NCBI GenBank assembly: GCA_047495785.1
Contig: JBLDXI010000001.1
Span: 1,364,001-1,428,000 of the forward strand
Reading direction: 5' to 3'
From: Lepidodermella squamata
Taxonomy: Eukaryota; Animalia; Gastrotricha
Length of the DNA stretch: 64,000 nt
In this document: in pieces, positions 61,901 through 64,000 of the stretch
Layout of the letters: every line of letters starts with the position of its first letter
Position numbering within the stretch: the first letter of the stretch is position 1
Notes under the pieces: generated by a model
What the model saw: the letters and a program-made list of their open reading frames with translations, nothing else
Database searches by the model: none
What the model was told of the DNA's origin: nothing
Translations under genes and position numbers: made by a program

Positions 61901-63538
61901 GATGTATAAGGACAGCGAATCATTCTATTTTTTGCTTTAGCCCTCCAATATAATCAGGCTTACCTCCCTCAAAATACACCACTGTTCAACTATTATCAGG
62001 TATCCTTGTATCGAATCACAGTAGAATGTAAGGATAGCCTGCACTTGACATCGGCAACATCAACCACAACAATTACGGTAGGTATTCGATGAATCAAGTT
62101 GGCAACTCTAGCGGGAATTTTTATCAAGGTGTCTATAAGCCATGTCAACCAGCCAGCTCAGTTCACCTCCTTACCTGGATATGTAAATGTCCAAGAAGAC
62201 GCAACCACTGGTCCTACAGAGCTGTACTCCATCGCGGCTGTTGATCCTAACAATGGCGTTAATCCTGTCACAATGAGCCTCTTGTCAATTTCACCATCCG
62301 GTGGTGGGTCCAAGTTTTACTTCGACACTAATACCAAGAGTGAGTTTATTGATTTAAAGTTTACGGGACTTACAATAATTTTTCAACCAGTATTCGGCTA
62401 CACCGCAAATCCTCAATTCAGTTTCAATACCCAGTCCAATTACACGGCCTTGTTCTCTGCGTACAATAATGTGAATCCGACGGTGACTGGAACTCTTTAC
62501 ATCTCAGTATCGAAGGTCACCCCTGGGGTATCTTGCTGCTACACAGTTTCGATCCGAGAAGATACGAATACCTCTCAAACTCTGTGGGACATGAGAACTC
62601 GTAACAGCAGTGCTAACATTGTAGCGTGGGGTCTCGGCACTGTAAGTCCCTCGAGCTCGGCGTTCAGCATAACCACAGCAGGGCGTGAGTTTATTCTAAC
62701 TTGAACAGAAATCCAATTTCGTGTCGATTATTTTTCAGTTGTCAAGTCTAGCAGTTATCCCAACTTCAACTATAACACAGCCCCAGTTTACACCGTGTTG
62801 ATTACTGCGAGAGATGCCACGACCACTATTGCGACTTACACCCTAACGGTTTCAATCACTCCTGTGACCCAACAGCCTGTTATTTGGAACATGCCTCAAA
62901 CAGTGACAATTTTACAAGGCACTGGTGGCGGAGCGAATCTGCTTCAAGTCAATTGCACGGAACCGAGAAGCTCGCTCAGTTACAGTATGAAAGTTCTACC
63001 TAGCTCTGGAACGACAAATTTCCTCATTTCGACTACTGGTCTTGTAACAACGCCATCCTACGCGAATTTCACTTACGTCACCAACCCGATTTATTACGTC
63101 ATAGTCGGATGTTCCAACACGGCTTACACGACTAGCGGAACCCTCACTGTAGTGATCACCACCCCGACTATTACTTACACTGTTACTACGACACCTTCTT
63201 ACGGCCAGACAAGCACAGCCACAGGGAGCAGTGGAAGTAGTACAACAACTTCCAGCAGCTCAGGACTCGCTCCTGAATGTGAGTGGACTAAACCTATAGT
63301 TTATTGCATTGACCCGAAATATTTCCCCAGATATCGGAGCGATAGTTGGCAGTATTGGAGGATGTCTAATTTTAGCAGGAATCGCATATGCTGTTGCGAA
63401 GCACCTTCAAGCCAAGGCAGCTGCTAAAGGAATAACAAGGTACGTATACAGTTGCATCTCGAATGGTTGAAAACAAAATTTATTTGCTTTCATTTCAGTA
63501 TGATGAAACAATACCCGCCGCCATACAGCGTACGGTGA
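58939..63538 (+). CDS. Single-pass cadherin-repeat protein (non-classical, cadherin-related) with short PPPY cytoplasmic tail
   Basis: Signal MSFLGILSMLVI|VAVI; repeated cadherin motifs (VTDPD, ATDGG, DRDND, DRESD, N..P.F.[NS][LM]P..V.V.E[ND]); Ser/Thr stalk; TM YIGAIVGSIGGCLILAGIAYAVA; tail ...MMKQYPPPYSVR*. Confidence 0.85.
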
Positions 63539-63684
63539 CCTTCTTTATTTGCGATGGCAGATCTATGACTGAAGCCCCATTTTTGTGTTTACTGGGGAGA
63601 AAAAGTGCAAAATAATTTTTCACACACCCAGTGTAACTTTGTTGCGAGTAAATAAAGATATTTGTTCAACAAAATGAAGATCCT

Positions 63685-64000
63685 TTACTCAATGGCGTAA
63701 GGTGTTGCATATGGATTGGCGCCTGCGTTACCAGCCGGACCATAGTTGCATACCTGAAGAGGAGTTAATAAGATGAATCAGTAATGCTCTAAATCAGTCT
63801 TACTAGAACAATATTTCCATCACCCAGTCCATTGCAGTAACTTTCGCCGCAACTGAAAAAATTATTGCCCGTGAAAAGAGAAACATCTCAACCAAAAAGC
63901 TTACCCTACAAACTTTGTCTCTTGCCAAATCATTTGAGTGTAATGCCCTATGCTGATGTTGGACGTTTTACCGACGCCATACTTCCAGTAGAGGCGTTCA
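63685..64000 (-). CDS. 3' end of a further CAP-domain gene (continues beyond the window)
   Basis: ERLYWKYGVG...GHYTQMIWQETKFVG|CGESYC...|VCNYGPAGNAGANPYATPYAIE*. Confidence 0.88.

Noticed and set aside
1-64000. Apparent premature stops in many track ORFs suggesting pseudogenes or stop-codon recoding
   Set aside because: The stops I checked fall just inside short GT-AG introns, and splicing restores the conserved motifs in frame.
1-64000. tRNA, rRNA or autonomous mobile elements
   Set aside because: None recognised by eye; tRNAscan-SE, Infernal and RepeatModeler were not run.

Overview
This is eukaryotic animal genomic DNA from a very compact genome: mostly 45-90 nt AT-rich GT-AG introns, many intergenic gaps of 0.2-1 kb, and about 27 genes in 64 kb. 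The species cannot be named from the sequence. The window is dominated by one large tandem cluster of predicted secreted modular proteins built from a small toolkit: signal peptide, Sushi/CCP domain, a non-canonical Kunitz/BPTI-like domain (always C3-x5-C4, no YGGC), Thr/Pro-rich mucin-like stalk, and CAP (SCP/TAPS, PR-1/antigen-5) domain. I reconstructed 14 CAP genes carrying 18 CAP domains (one gene with three, two with two) and 8 CAP-less relatives (Gly/Trp-rich, 4x Kunitz-like, Sushi-mucin, and two Sushi + Pro/Gln/Cys 'SPC'-repeat proteins). Five unrelated genes sit inside the cluster: a minimal Cdc25 phosphatase, a CUB-trypsin protease, a ZIP8/14-type metal transporter, a PMCA-type Ca2+ pump apparently lacking its calmodulin-binding tail, and a cadherin-repeat membrane protein with a PPPY tail. 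The best candidate for an undescribed system is an exon-shuffled secretory (gland, cement, cocoon or venom-like) toolkit, with a conserved GGx(R)G|intron|PQC junction in front of many CAP cassettes. Gene models were spliced by eye, and no database searches were run.
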